DNA from: Mobula birostris
Lineage: Eukaryota
DNA: 64,000 nucleotides
Reading direction: 5' to 3'
Assembly (NCBI RefSeq): GCF_030028105.1
Contig: NC_092370.1
Location: forward strand, 182,786,647 to 182,850,646
The position numbers were made by a program, and so were the translations under genes. Below the pieces are notes generated by a model that searched no databases, was not told where the DNA came from, and worked only from the letters and a program-made list of their open reading frames with translations. This document shows positions 14,331-26,350 of this stretch, piece after piece (positions within the stretch are counted from its first letter, which is position 1; each line of letters begins with the position of its first letter).

Positions 14331-14926
14331 CATGGGAACCTTGGATGACAAGAGATATTACAATTTTATCAAAAAGATAAAAAGGAAGCATATGTAAGGT
14401 TCAGGAAGCTGAGTTCAGACAAGGCACTTGAGCAATATAAAAGAAGCAAGAGGGAACTTAAACAAGAAATTTGGAGGACTAAAATGGGTTGTGAAATTTA
14501 ATTGACAAGCAATATTAGTGAGAATCCCAAAACAGATTAAAAGTAGGTATAAGAGGAGGAAGAGGATAGCTAATGTAGGCCCACTTAAGGACAAAGGAGG
14601 GGTTTATGCTTGAGGAAATATATGCTCCTTATCGAGTTGGAGAAGGACATGGATAATAGTGAGATTAAGGAAGGGTATGCTGATATTCTAGGCCATGTTG
14701 ATATTAAGGAGAGGTTGATGGGATAAAATCCAGAAGAGTGAAGGAACCAATGGAGAAAATTTCTGAGGCCTTGACTGAGATCTTGGTTTCCTCTTCAGTC
14801 ACAGGGAAGATAACACAAGATTTGAGATTAGCCATTCTTTTCCTTTGTTTAAAAAGGGCAACAAGTATAATCCGGCAAATTATAGACTGATGATCTTTAC
14901 ATCAGTGGCAGTACACTAGATATGTA

Positions 14927-15470
14927 CACTCAGAGACCACTTTATTGGGCCCCTCCTGTACCTAATAAAGTAGTCACTCAGTGTTTGTTTGTGGTCTTCT
15001 GCTGCTGTAGCCCATCTACTTCAAGGTTCATCGTGTTGTGTATTCTGAGATGCTCTTCTGCACACCATTGTTGTAACACATGGTTGTTTGAGTTACTGTC
15101 AGTTTGAACCAGTCTGAGCATTATCCTCTGATCTCTGTCATTAACAAGACATTTTCATCCACAGAACTGCTGCTCGCTGGATGTTTTTATTTCTTGCACC
15201 ATTCTCTATAATCTCTAGAGACTGTTGTGTATGAACATCTCAGAAATGAGCAGTTTCTGAGACACTCAAACCACACTGTCTGGCACCAACAATCACTTCA
15301 TGGTCAAACCCACTTAGATCATATTTCTTCTCCATTCTGAACAATGACTGCACCTCTTGACCATGTCTCCACATTTTTATACATTGAGCTGCTGCTATAT
15401 GATTGTCTATTTAGATACTTGCATTAACAAGCATGTGTACATGTGTACCTAATAAAGTGGCCACTGAATA
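14927..15470. mobile_element. Tc1/mariner-derived non-autonomous element (MITE)
   Basis: Terminal inverted repeats cactcagagaccactttattggg / tgtacctaataaagtggccactgaa, TA at the left flank, no transposase ORF. Confidence 0.75.
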
Positions 15471-15699
15471 TGAACTTGAATTTGAATTTTATTCTCTGCT
15501 CTACCTCACCTGATTGCAACTGCCCATCATCTCCTCCTCACTGGGTTCCTACCAGACTCTGTCTCACCTTTACTTATTTATACTTGTTATCTTCCTGCTA
15601 CACTCTTACTGCTGGAGAAGGGCCCTGACCCGAAACAATGACCATCCCTTTGTCTCCATGGACACTATTTGACCCATCAAGTTCCTGCAGTTGTTTACA

Positions 15700-15940
15700 T
15701 TTAGAAACATAGAAAACCTACAGCACAATACAGGCCCTTCGGCCCACAAAGTTGTGCTGAACATGTCCCTACCTTAGAAATTACCTAGGCTTACCTATAG
15801 CCCTCTATTTTGCTAAGCTCCATGTACCTATCCAAAAGTCTCTTAAAAGACCCTATCGTAACCGCTTCCACCACCGTTGCTGGCAGCCCATTCCACACAC
15901 TCACCACTCTCTGAGTAAAAAACTTACCCCTGACATCTCT
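15700..15940 (-). mobile_element. CR1 LINE 3' end
   Basis: ORF 15791-16051 contains FFTQRVVSVWNGLP; agaaacatagaaa tail. Confidence 0.88.
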
Positions 15941-18786
15941 CTTCTGTATTGTAAGTTGTGCAATTGGAGACTCTGTCATAAGGAACACTTCAGCTTTGTT
16001 GTTTTTGTTCCAGATTTCAATATCTGCAGTCTCTTGCATCTCTGTTCTCACACTTACTGGGTTTGATTAGAACGACAATACTTCACACTTAGTTTCAAGC
16101 CCACTGCCTTCATTGTGCAGGATCAGTGAATTTATCTTGAAGAAGATTACAGATGTGGAATATTTGTGAATGTGGCAGTGGTAAAATATATAAGGTTTCT
16201 CACTCTTTTGTGAGGAAGCTAATGATGATTCTTTCACTGCTCCTTTTGTTAAATGAGCCGTGTCAAAGTTTATAGAACAATGTTTCCATATTTTATATCC
16301 ACTATAATCATTTTTGCTCTTGATGAATGATCATTAATATACCAAATTAAATATTCAAAATGTTGTCCTTTCTTTGTCAAAATGAAAAGTGAATTTTCAT
16401 TTCAATATTAATCCTTTTCTTCAATTCTTAACAATGTTCATGTACAGAAGAGAATTTTTTCAAAGGTAACTTACTACATGTCCCTTCATTTTAATTTTAT
16501 CAGAAAAATAGAAACAATCACATCTAGTCTCAGTTAAGGCTTAATACCAACTTTGAGACCAAGCTGTTTAATGCAATTATCCAATTTTATATATTTACAA
16601 TGATTAATAATAGAATTCACACAGGAAAGGTTAAAGTGCAAACCCAGACTACAGCTATGTTTTATGATTTGTTAAGAATAAATTACACTCAATTTCCACT
16701 CTTCTAGAGATGAAATTAAGGATTTTATTAATGTGGATTTGTAAAGTCATTACTTCCTTTTCTAAGTTAATGCGATACTGAAGGAATTCCAAGGACTTGG
16801 AAGTCACCAGAGCTTTGAGGACTTTTATTCAGACCTTTATTCAAAAAGAACTACTGGTATTTGGACCAACAATTATCATCAACAAACTTCAGCAAGAATA
16901 GCGGATCATCTGATTACTTACATCATTGTTCAAGGAGCATGTTTGATGTTGCCAGATGTCTGCAACACCCTATGCCTTTCTACCAAACCACTTCCCTTCA
17001 CCAGGCTGTTAGATTATAGAAGACAGAACAGTACAGCCCAACAGAAACCCCTCGGCCCACCATGTTGTGCCACACTTTGACCCCACTCCAAGATAAAACT
17101 AATGCTTCTCTCCCATGTAAACCTCTATTTTTCTTGCATCCATTTGCCTTAAATGTCCCTTGTGCCTCTAACACCACCCCCATCAGCACGTTCCACACAC
17201 CCACCACTCTCTATGTAAAACGCCTACCTCTGACACTTGCTCCATTCACCTAAAATTCATGCCCTTTCATATTAGCCATTTCCACCCTGGGAAAAGGGTG
17301 CTGACTGTCCACTCTATCAATGTCTTATCATCATATATACTACTGTCAAATCATGTCTTGTTCTCCTTTGTTTCCTAGCTCACTCAAATTTCCTCATAAG
17401 ATGTGCTCTTTAATCCAGGCATCATCCTGGTAAATCTACTCTGTTCCTTCTCTAAAGCTTCCACATCCTTCCTATAATGAGGTGACATAATACTCCAAGT
17501 ACAGTCTAACCAGAATTTTATCGAGCTGCAATACTACCTCGCAGCTCTTGGACTAAATCCTGTGACTAATGAAGGCCAATGTATCATATGCCTTCTTAAC
17601 CACTCTATCAACTTTCGCAGCTTTGAGGGACCTGTGGGTGTAGCCCCCCAAACTCCCCAGTCCCTGTACACTACTAGGGATCCTACCATTAATCTTGTAT
17701 TCTGCCTTCAATTTCGACCTTCCAAAGAGTATCACTTCACACATTTCTGATTGAACTCCATCTACTACTTCTCAGCCTAGCTCTGTAGCCCATCAATGTT
17801 CTATTGTAATCTATGGCAACCATCTACAATGCCACCCAACCTATGTGTCATCTGCAAACATACTAACCCACCCTTCCACTTCCTCATCCAAGTTACTTAT
17901 TAAAATCACAAAGAGCAGGGGTCCTAAGCTGATCCATGCAGAAAACTACTAATCACCAACCTCCAGGCAGGATATGCTCCATCTACTACCACCTCTGCCT
18001 TCTGTAGGCAAGCCAATTCTGATTCCATGCAACCAAGTTCACTGATCTGCCATCATTGACATGTTTTGTCATCTCCTCAAAGAATTCGGTCAAGCTTGTT
18101 AGGCATGACCTGCCCCTCACAAAACCATGCTGACTACCCCTAATCAGACTGTATGTCTCCAAATGCTTATAGATCCTGTCTCTAAGATTATTCTCCAGTT
18201 CTTTGCCCACCACCAACACAAGGTTCAGTGGTCTATAATTCCCAGTGTTATTCCTTTTACCTTTTTGTGAACAAAGGAATGGCATTTTCCACCCTCCAGT
18301 CCTCTGCATTACTCCTGTGACCTTGATGATGTAAAGACCACCATTAAAGGTACAGGAGTCTCTTCCCTCACTTTCCGCAATAACCTGGAGTAAATCCCAA
18401 CCAGCCCGCAATGACTCATCTATCCTAATGTTTTTCAAGAGTGCCAGCACTTTTTTACCGTCAACATGTATGATCATCAGCCTGTTCAATGCTAACCTCA
18501 CATTCGTCAAAGTCTCTCTCACTGATGAATACTGAAACAAAATATTCATTAAGGACTTCCTCTATCTCCTCTGATTTCAGGCACACTTTTTTTAAAAAAA
18601 TCCCTGATTGGTCCTTCCCTCACTCTAGTCATTCTTCTGTTCTCCACATATGTGTAGGATGTCTTTCGGTTTTCTTTAAATCTACCCACTAAGGCCCTTT
18701 CATGCCCCTTCCAACTCTCCTAAGTCCATTCTTAAGCTCCTTCCTGGCTACCTCGTGACCCTCAACAGCCCTGTCTGTTCCGAAAT

Positions 18787-19445
18787 ATAGTTGGCCCTCC
18801 ATAACCATGGGTTTCGCATCCGTGGATTGAAAATATTCGAAAACAAATTCCAGAAAGTTTCACAAGCAAAACTTGAATTTGCCACACGCTGAGCACTACG
18901 CTGAATGCACGTGAATGAAGTGATGTGTAGGCATACCCTGCTGTAGCCTCCCGCCATTTCACAGATCCTCAGTCTCTCTCCAGCACTCGTTGTTTGAGCA
19001 TTGTCCGCCTCGCATCTCGTTCATTCGCTTCTTGTGTTGTGAGCAAGAGGAAGGAGCTTAAGGCTAGTAAGGGATGGCTGGCTAGCTATGTAAAGCGCTA
19101 CAGCCTCAAGAACTTAAAGATCACGGGAGAATTGGTATCGGCTGATGCCGAGGCAGCATCAGTGTTCCCAGAANNNNNNNNNNNNNNNNNNNNNNNNNNN
19201 NNNNNNNNNNNNNNNNNNNNNNNNNNNNNNNNNNNNNNNNNNNNNNNNNNNNNNNNNNNNNNNNNNNNNNNNNNNNNNNNNNNNNNNNNNNNNNNNNNNN
19301 NNNNNNNNNNNNNNNNNNNNNNNNNNNNNNNNNNNNNNNNNNNNNNNNNNNNNNNNNNNNNNNNNNNNNNNNNNNNNNNNNNNNNNNNNNNNNNNNTCCC
19401 CAGGGGGCCGTGGAACCAATCCCTCACGACTACCGAGGGACGTTA
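18787..19445 (+). mobile_element. Tigger/pogo DNA transposon derivative
   Basis: Tigger-like ends (gttggccctccataacc...ggaaccaatccctcacgactaccgaggg) and the CENP-B-type peptide LKASKGWLASYVKRYSLKNLKITGELVSAD; spans the assembly gap. Confidence 0.8.
19174..19396. other. Assembly gap (223 N)
   Basis: Run of N. Confidence 1.
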
Positions 19446-20509
19446 CTTTCTTCCTCTTGACTAGATGCTCCTCATCTCTTGACAACCATGGTTCCTTTAC
19501 CCTGCCTCAAGGAGACAAATCTGTCCAGAAACCCACTGACATGCTCCTAATCAATCTGCACATTTCTGCTGTGCATTTCCCTGAGTATATTTATTTCCAA
19601 TTTATACTCCCAAGTTTCTGCCTAATAGCATAATAATTCATCCTCCACCAATTAAATTCTTTTCCATGCTATCTGCTCCTATTCTTATCCAAGGCTATGC
19701 TGAAGGTCTGGAAGTTGTGGTCAAAATACAAAGAGTGCATGTCATATTGAATCTCCAAATGATCTTTTTCTCATAATCAGGTATGGATACCCCTTCCACA
19801 AAGTTTTGCATTGGAAATTTCATTCATGTATTGACCAGTATCCTTTTCTAGAATGAATGCAGACACATGGTTTGAAATATTTTTTCCTCTGTCAACAGTG
19901 TCTGAATTTTACTTCTTGGACGGAGATGGCACATAACACCACAGGGAGTAAGTCAGAAAGACCACCCTGACACATCATGAGGAAGCAAGAAGAATCAGTG
20001 AAGAGGAGAGGTCAGTGGGCAAAGGTCATTACTGCGCTCCTCTGAAACGACTTATTTCCCTCATCCTGGCTATAATCTCCAAAATGATGTCAAAGAGTTA
20101 AGCTAGAGAAGGTTTGTATGTAAGATGACACAGCGACCATATGAGTGGCAGGAACTGGAGTAAGAGATAAAATTGGAGTAGGAATATGCCTTAAGAATGA
20201 CAATTACGTGCTCAGTGATGATTTTAATGGCAGAGTGGGCCCTGCTGTCATGGTATGTAACCAATATTATGATAGTGAAACTCTGCAGGTTAAACAGCAC
20301 CAATGAATTTATATTTCATTTCTAGAACCTTCCATTGGAACATAGACAGGTTAGTCTAGGCAGAGGAGGCAAATGACGAAAGGGCAATGGTCCTACAAAC
20401 TGAATTCCTCTGTTGGGTGAAATAAGGCCAACTAAGGGCAGTGAAGCTCCTTCGTCTGTCTAATGTGTTGTCAATGATGTAGAGTCTGTGTAATGTTTTC
20501 ATTGATGGG

Positions 20510-21600
20510 TAGTTACACCACACAGAAACAAGCCCTTTAGGCTAGGTTGTCCAAGTTGTCCCATTTGCCTATGTATAACCCATATACATCCAAACCTCTC
20601 TCATCCATGTACCTGTCCAAATGTTTTTTTTAATGGTGTAATTGCACTTGTCTCTATCTCTTACTCTGGCAACTTGTTCAATGTTGGCACTATCTTCTGA
20701 AAAAAAATGCCCCTTAGATTTCCCTTATAGTTTTCCTCTCTCACTTTAAATCTGCATCTTTCAATTTTGGACTCTTGTATTCTGGGGGAAAAAAGATGAT
20801 AACAATCCATATTATCTGCATTCCTTATGATTTTATAAACTGCAGTCTTCTTCAGAACAGTTCCCAGCTTATCCAGTTTCTCTTCATCACTGAATGCCTG
20901 CATTACCAGCAATAAGCTTGTGAACCTTTCTACATCCTCTGCTGTTCTATCACATCCTTCCTTTGGCTTGGTGACCAGAACTGCAGACACTACACAAAAT
21001 ACTACGTGCAGTCTAATCAATATTTTGTACAACTGTTAAGTGACTTCCTAATTCTAATGCTCCAACTGAGGAAGGCAAACACACCAAATGTCTTCTTTAG
21101 CACATGGCCTAAATGTATCTTAACTTCTAGAGAACATGTACCCCCTGGTTTATTTACTCAACAACACTTACCAGAGCTCTGCTATTCACCATGTATGTCT
21201 TGGCCTGTTTTAACTTCCCAAATTACATTGCTTTGCGGTTGTCCAAGTTAAATTCCATCCACCATTCCCTTGTCCACTTTCCCAGTTCACCAATATGCTG
21301 TTGTAATCTTAGGCAATCTTCTTCATTGTCTACTATACCACTAAATTTGATGTCATATGCAACTTACCAATCAAAGCACTTCCACTCACACTCATATCAT
21401 TAATATTTATGACAAACAATAGCAGACCCAGCACTGATCTTCGTGTGGCACATCACATGTCACAGGCTTCCAATGTAAAACATAATCCTCCTCAGCATCC
21501 TTTGACTTCTTTCACTAAGCCAGCCTTGGATAGCACATCCAAGGTACTTTGAATTCTAACATGTAGGTTTTTGTCAAAGGCCCTGGGTAAAGTTCACGTA
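20510..21600 (-). mobile_element. Old CR1 LINE 3' fragment
   Basis: ORF 20661-21032 (YKILIRLH...NKLPE) is a degraded CR1 ORF2 C-terminus. Confidence 0.75.
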
Positions 21601-22404
21601 GAACTGTGGATGTTTCAGATTGAAATCCCATCTCAGACACCCAGCAGTTACCCTGATTCAGCTTTTTAATCCAAAATATCGACAGTTCTTTTCACTTTAC
21701 AGATTGTTTGATACTGAAAGAAATTCCTCTTGTCCTTGACACTCTATAACTTTCCCAGCAAACTAACTTGCTTCACTCTCATTTACAACTGAGGTCCCAG
21801 ACCTACAACATTAACTGTTTCTTTTTCTACAGTTAATGCCTGACATACTGAGTTTTTCCAGCATTTTCTGTTTTTATTTCAGATTTCCAACATCTGTGAT
21901 TTCACCCAGTTACTTCCTTCCTAATCAGGAGAGTAATGATAGCCAGGATGTTAGTCATTGTCTGATATGGTGCTGTCTGGCACAGATGAGCCAGGATTTG
22001 AAAGAGTGTACATTACAGGAAAATCCTGACATTTGGTATAATTACTGCATAGAACTGTGCTGTTTTCAGAATCTGTGTGGAATGTACTGAATTAACTTTA
22101 AACAGGCAAGCAGTTCACCTGATATACCAAATGAGAATATTTCCACCTGCAACCCACCGAGTGTTCACAGCAAATGTTGGAAAGAGCCATGTATTTACCA
22201 CAACCTATTGATAGCTCAAATAGCATGACATCTTGATAACAGCATCTTCAATGTCAACTGGAGTTGGGAATTTGGCGATTCTATCAAACTAAATCTTCTT
22301 CTACTATGGTCTCTGGGCTTCCTCAGTAAAAAAAAGATAATATTTCGGATGTTTCCCAATTTAGCTTCCCATTCAGTTCAAGCCCACCTGTTTCCGGTGG
22401 TTAA

Positions 22405-22980
22405 ACGAAAACACGAGGAAATCTGCAGATGCTGGAATTTCAAGTAACACACATAAAAATTGCTGGTGAGCGCAGCAGGCCAGGCAGCATCTCTAGGAAG
22501 AGGTACAGTTGACGTTTTGGGCGAAGACCCTTCATCAGGACTAACTGAAGGAAGAGCTAGTAAGAGATTTGAAAGTGGGAGGGGGTGGGGGTGATCCAAA
22601 ATGATAGGAGAAGACAGGAGGGGGAGGGATGGAGCCAAGAGCTGGACAGTTGATTGGCAAAAGGGATATGAGAGGATCATGGGACAGGAGGCCTAGGGAG
22701 AAAGAAAAGGGAGGGGTGAAGCCCAGAGGATGGGCAAGGAGTATAGTGAGAGGGACAAAGGGAGAAAAAGGAGAGAGAAAAAAAGAAAAAAAATATATAT
22801 ATAAAATAACGGATGGGATACCACACTCAGGTTGGAGGAACAGCACCTTATATTCTGTTTGGGTAGCCTCCAACCTGATGGCATGAACATTGACTTCTCT
22901 AACTTCCGTTAATGCCCCTCCTCCCCCTCGTACCCGATCTGTTATTTATTTTTTATATATATATTCTTTTTCTCTCTCTC
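22405..22980. mobile_element. Penelope-like insertion with inverted segments
   Basis: 22405-22820 is the reverse complement of the 3' UTR at 55270-55690; 22820-22980 is a forward copy of 55170-55330. Confidence 0.88.
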
Positions 22981-22984
22981 CTGT

Positions 22985-23440
22985 GGAGTGGTCTTACAGA
23001 AAAGCAGCATCCATTGTCAAGAACTACCATCAACTAGGCCTTGCTCTGTTCTCACAGGTGCCATCAGGATGGAGGTACAGGAGCCTTAGGCTGCACAGCA
23101 CCAGGTTCAGAAATAGTTATTACACTTCACCCATCAGGATCCCAAACCAGAGTAGATAACTTGACTCACGCCAACACTGAACTGATTCCATAACCTTTGG
23201 ATTCTCTTTCAAGGACTCTACAACTCATTACAACTATTATTAGTATTCTGTTTTTTCTTATTGTACTTGCACAGTCTGTCATCTTTTGTGCATTGGTTGT
23301 TTGCCCTTCATTACTGTGTAGAGTTTTTCATTGATTCCATTCAGCATTTTTTGTATTTACTGTGAATGCTCACAAGAAAATGAATCTCAGGGTAGTATAT
23401 GGTGATGTGTATGTACTTTGATAATAAATTTTCTTTGAAA
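22985..23440 (+). mobile_element. Rex1/Babar-type LINE 3' end
   Basis: Peptide RKAASIVK...PSGWRYRSLR..STRFRNSY followed by a 3' UTR ending aataaa. Confidence 0.72.
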
Positions 23441-26350
23441 ATTATTAGGAAGGAGGAGACTTCCTAGACCACATGGGTGGCCTGGTGAATTCTTCACATT
23501 CAGAGGGAGTTTCTCCATTTCATGTCAGTTTGCATCTCATGGCAAAAAGGACTCATTGTACTCACCTGCCTTCCTAGAAGACCACCACATTTGTTTATAA
23601 ATTTTCCTTAGGTCTTCCTGGCAACTACTTTAGTTAAAGTAAGCAATGTCACTCAAAGGAATCTGCATTGCAACATTAAAACACAGATCCTTCATTTGCT
23701 TTACTTTAAGAACTCCCATACGGGAATCTTGACCAGAAAGTCCAATGCAGATTCCTTTGTTAACACTGGACTAGTCATTCTAAAATGGTTGCTGTGAACA
23801 TTTGTAAGCAATCTGGATGCCTTCTGTTACCCTTGTTTTGCTAACTCCCTCTGTGGTCCAGGGATATGAGAATTCCTGCAAAGTCTTGCCTGTTCCTGCT
23901 GCACTGTAATTGTAAAAGGCTCTAGAAACCTCTTAACATTAAGCTGTGGTTGGATGTATGTGAGCCAAAGTCCTGACATAGATGCTGTCTGGAGCACACC
24001 CAGTGTTGGACCGCTGTAGGAGCTACAGTCTCCAGCCCAGAATCCTTCACCTTCTGAAATGAGATGGGAACTAATCATCACTCCTCTAAAAATCAAAATG
24101 CACAAAAGAAAATTAAAAATGGATTCATGTTAACCTACAATGATTTTTAATTTTGAGCAATTCTGCTGTTAGATCATACTCCTCTCACCTTGATGTCTCG
24201 GTGCACTGTAACTATTCACTCATTTCTTTTTTGTTGTTTAAAGGGAAATGCAGTTCCAAAGTTTCATTAATACAGTTAAAGTTACATGAATCAAATCAGG
24301 GTTATAATAAGACTATCTCATTATCTGCTTAGCTTCTACACTGAACACAGCACGTAGATCATTACAGCACAGTTCAGGCTCTTTAGCCCACAATGTTTCA
24401 CCAGTCTATTAATCTATTCTCAGATCAATCTCACCCTTCCCTCCTACATAGCCCTATATTTTTCTCTAACCACAATAATTACATTTTCAAGGCAGTTTTC
24501 ATCCATTGAAGTCCAAAAGCAATAGTGCAAAGCATATAAAATATTAAGGCTACATGTGGTATTGGCATACCAACTTTTTGACTTAAATACCTAAAATCTA
24601 AATAACACCCTAAACTATTAAACTGAGCTATTAACAAACTGATACCAGTGCAGCCGTTTCATGTTATTAAATGGATCATGGTATCATCAGATATTGAATT
24701 CTCCACAGTCAGTCCAGTGCCAAACACTTAAGGACACAGGATTAGATTAAAGAGGGAACTGACTGACTATTACCAGACAAAATCAAGTCTCCCTGGTACA
24801 ACAATCACATATTGGAAACTAGGGACGAGTATTAATTTTACTGCAAGCAGCAAACAGGGATTAACTACTTGTTTCTGACTTTGCTTTATTTACTGCCCAG
24901 ACATAAAGGTGAAATTTCACCCACATATACAATATGGGTGGCAGAAAGAGATTGTTTTCTACTTTTTTTGATAGATACAGTCACAGTAGTAGACAGAGGT
25001 CCCAGTGCGGACAAGCATGCCAGTTTTAGCATCTTTGACATGGCATCCAACAGGGTGATAAGGAGCTTGTTTGAAATTAATTGCTGCTGCATGGTTTCCT
25101 GTGGTTCTGGAAACACAGCAGTGAAATATGGGCATGAGCAACTGATACCATAAGTGGTCCCTCATATGCCAGGGAGCAAGAGGATACCCCTGGTGACCTG
25201 TCAAGGAAGCCTTCGCTCTGCTCCAGGCCAGACCTCCATTGCCCAACTAACCTGCAGTGGTCCTCTGGAGCTCCTAGCCATGACTTCCCTTCCTCCCGCT
25301 CTCTGGGTTAGCTACTTACTACTGAACCAGGCAGCTCTGGATGTCAGAAAGGACTGCACCATTCAGCTGGGCCAAATTCTTTGGCAATCTCACTTCCTGT
25401 AATAAACTAGGACAATATATCACAAACCAAATATTACTTCTTGACTAACCTTCTCAAAAAAAGAAAAAGACCAGATTTTTTTAAAAAAAGCATGTGAAGC
25501 TTAGATAGAGGAAACCAGAAAATTATCTGGGTGATGAGGGATTGGCAATGAAGTGGTATTAAGGGAAGGAAGGAAGAGGCCAGGTGAAACTTCATTATCC
25601 TGACAACGACTGCAACATGTTCACCAAGATGGTGGAATTATCCAAATATGGGTAGGAAAGAGAAAAATAAAGTGCTTGATGGAAGGAACATAGGGCAGGG
25701 AGATTAATGTTAGATTGAGTCACAAGAATAAGCAGAAGGCTTGTTGGTGTGGATAGTTTCCTCTTTGTGCTTTTAAAGGCATAAGAGTTAGTCATGGGGA
25801 ACTATCATACCCTTAAGAAAAACTCACAGAGCTCTGCAGATTCAATTCTTGATCCAATCTCTCACCTCAAGCTCCAATTTTTCTTTAAAGTGGGTTTTAG
25901 TTCAGAAGTTGCAGCCTTCCGTTTGCACATAGATTTGATCTTACACATACAGAAAGAATGAATGCTCCAGTAGTCATATTGCTTTTACTTCCTACTTTTT
26001 TCAATTTAATCCTTTTCTTGTTGTATTATGTGCTGCACTCACAAAACATCAACGCGGTAAATGTTCAACCATAACAGGTGTAGACCTCTCACTTCGGGTG
26101 CATTCTGGGCACAAATTAAACTCAAAATTGTGCTTGTTCTCCAGATTTATTTTGTGGTTTTAGTTTCCATTCAAAAAATAAAATCATTTGAGATCTAGTG
26201 GAATTGGGCTTTATTGTATATATTTTGAAAATACTGTATTATTTGGTGTACCTAAAACTAATAGCATGGCACCATTTTATCAATACAATCTGATGACAAT
26301 TTAATCAAAACATCTGGTCTAACAATCATGGAAAAAGATTCTAAAATACA

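Larger units (their letters stand above)
17010..19720 (-). mobile_element. Decayed CR1 LINE ORF2, interrupted by a Tigger element
   Basis: ORF 17986-18549 has NYRPLNL and SQHGFVRGRSCLTSL. Confidence 0.85.

Noticed and set aside
18994-19633. Long ORFs in several frames
   Set aside because: Artefacts of the N gap; only the Tigger peptide before the gap is meaningful.
24974-25055. Possible plus-strand exon after a strong polypyrimidine tract (TVTVVDRGPSADKHASFSIFDMASNR)
   Set aside because: Weak donor, unrecognised peptide, no consistent partner exons.
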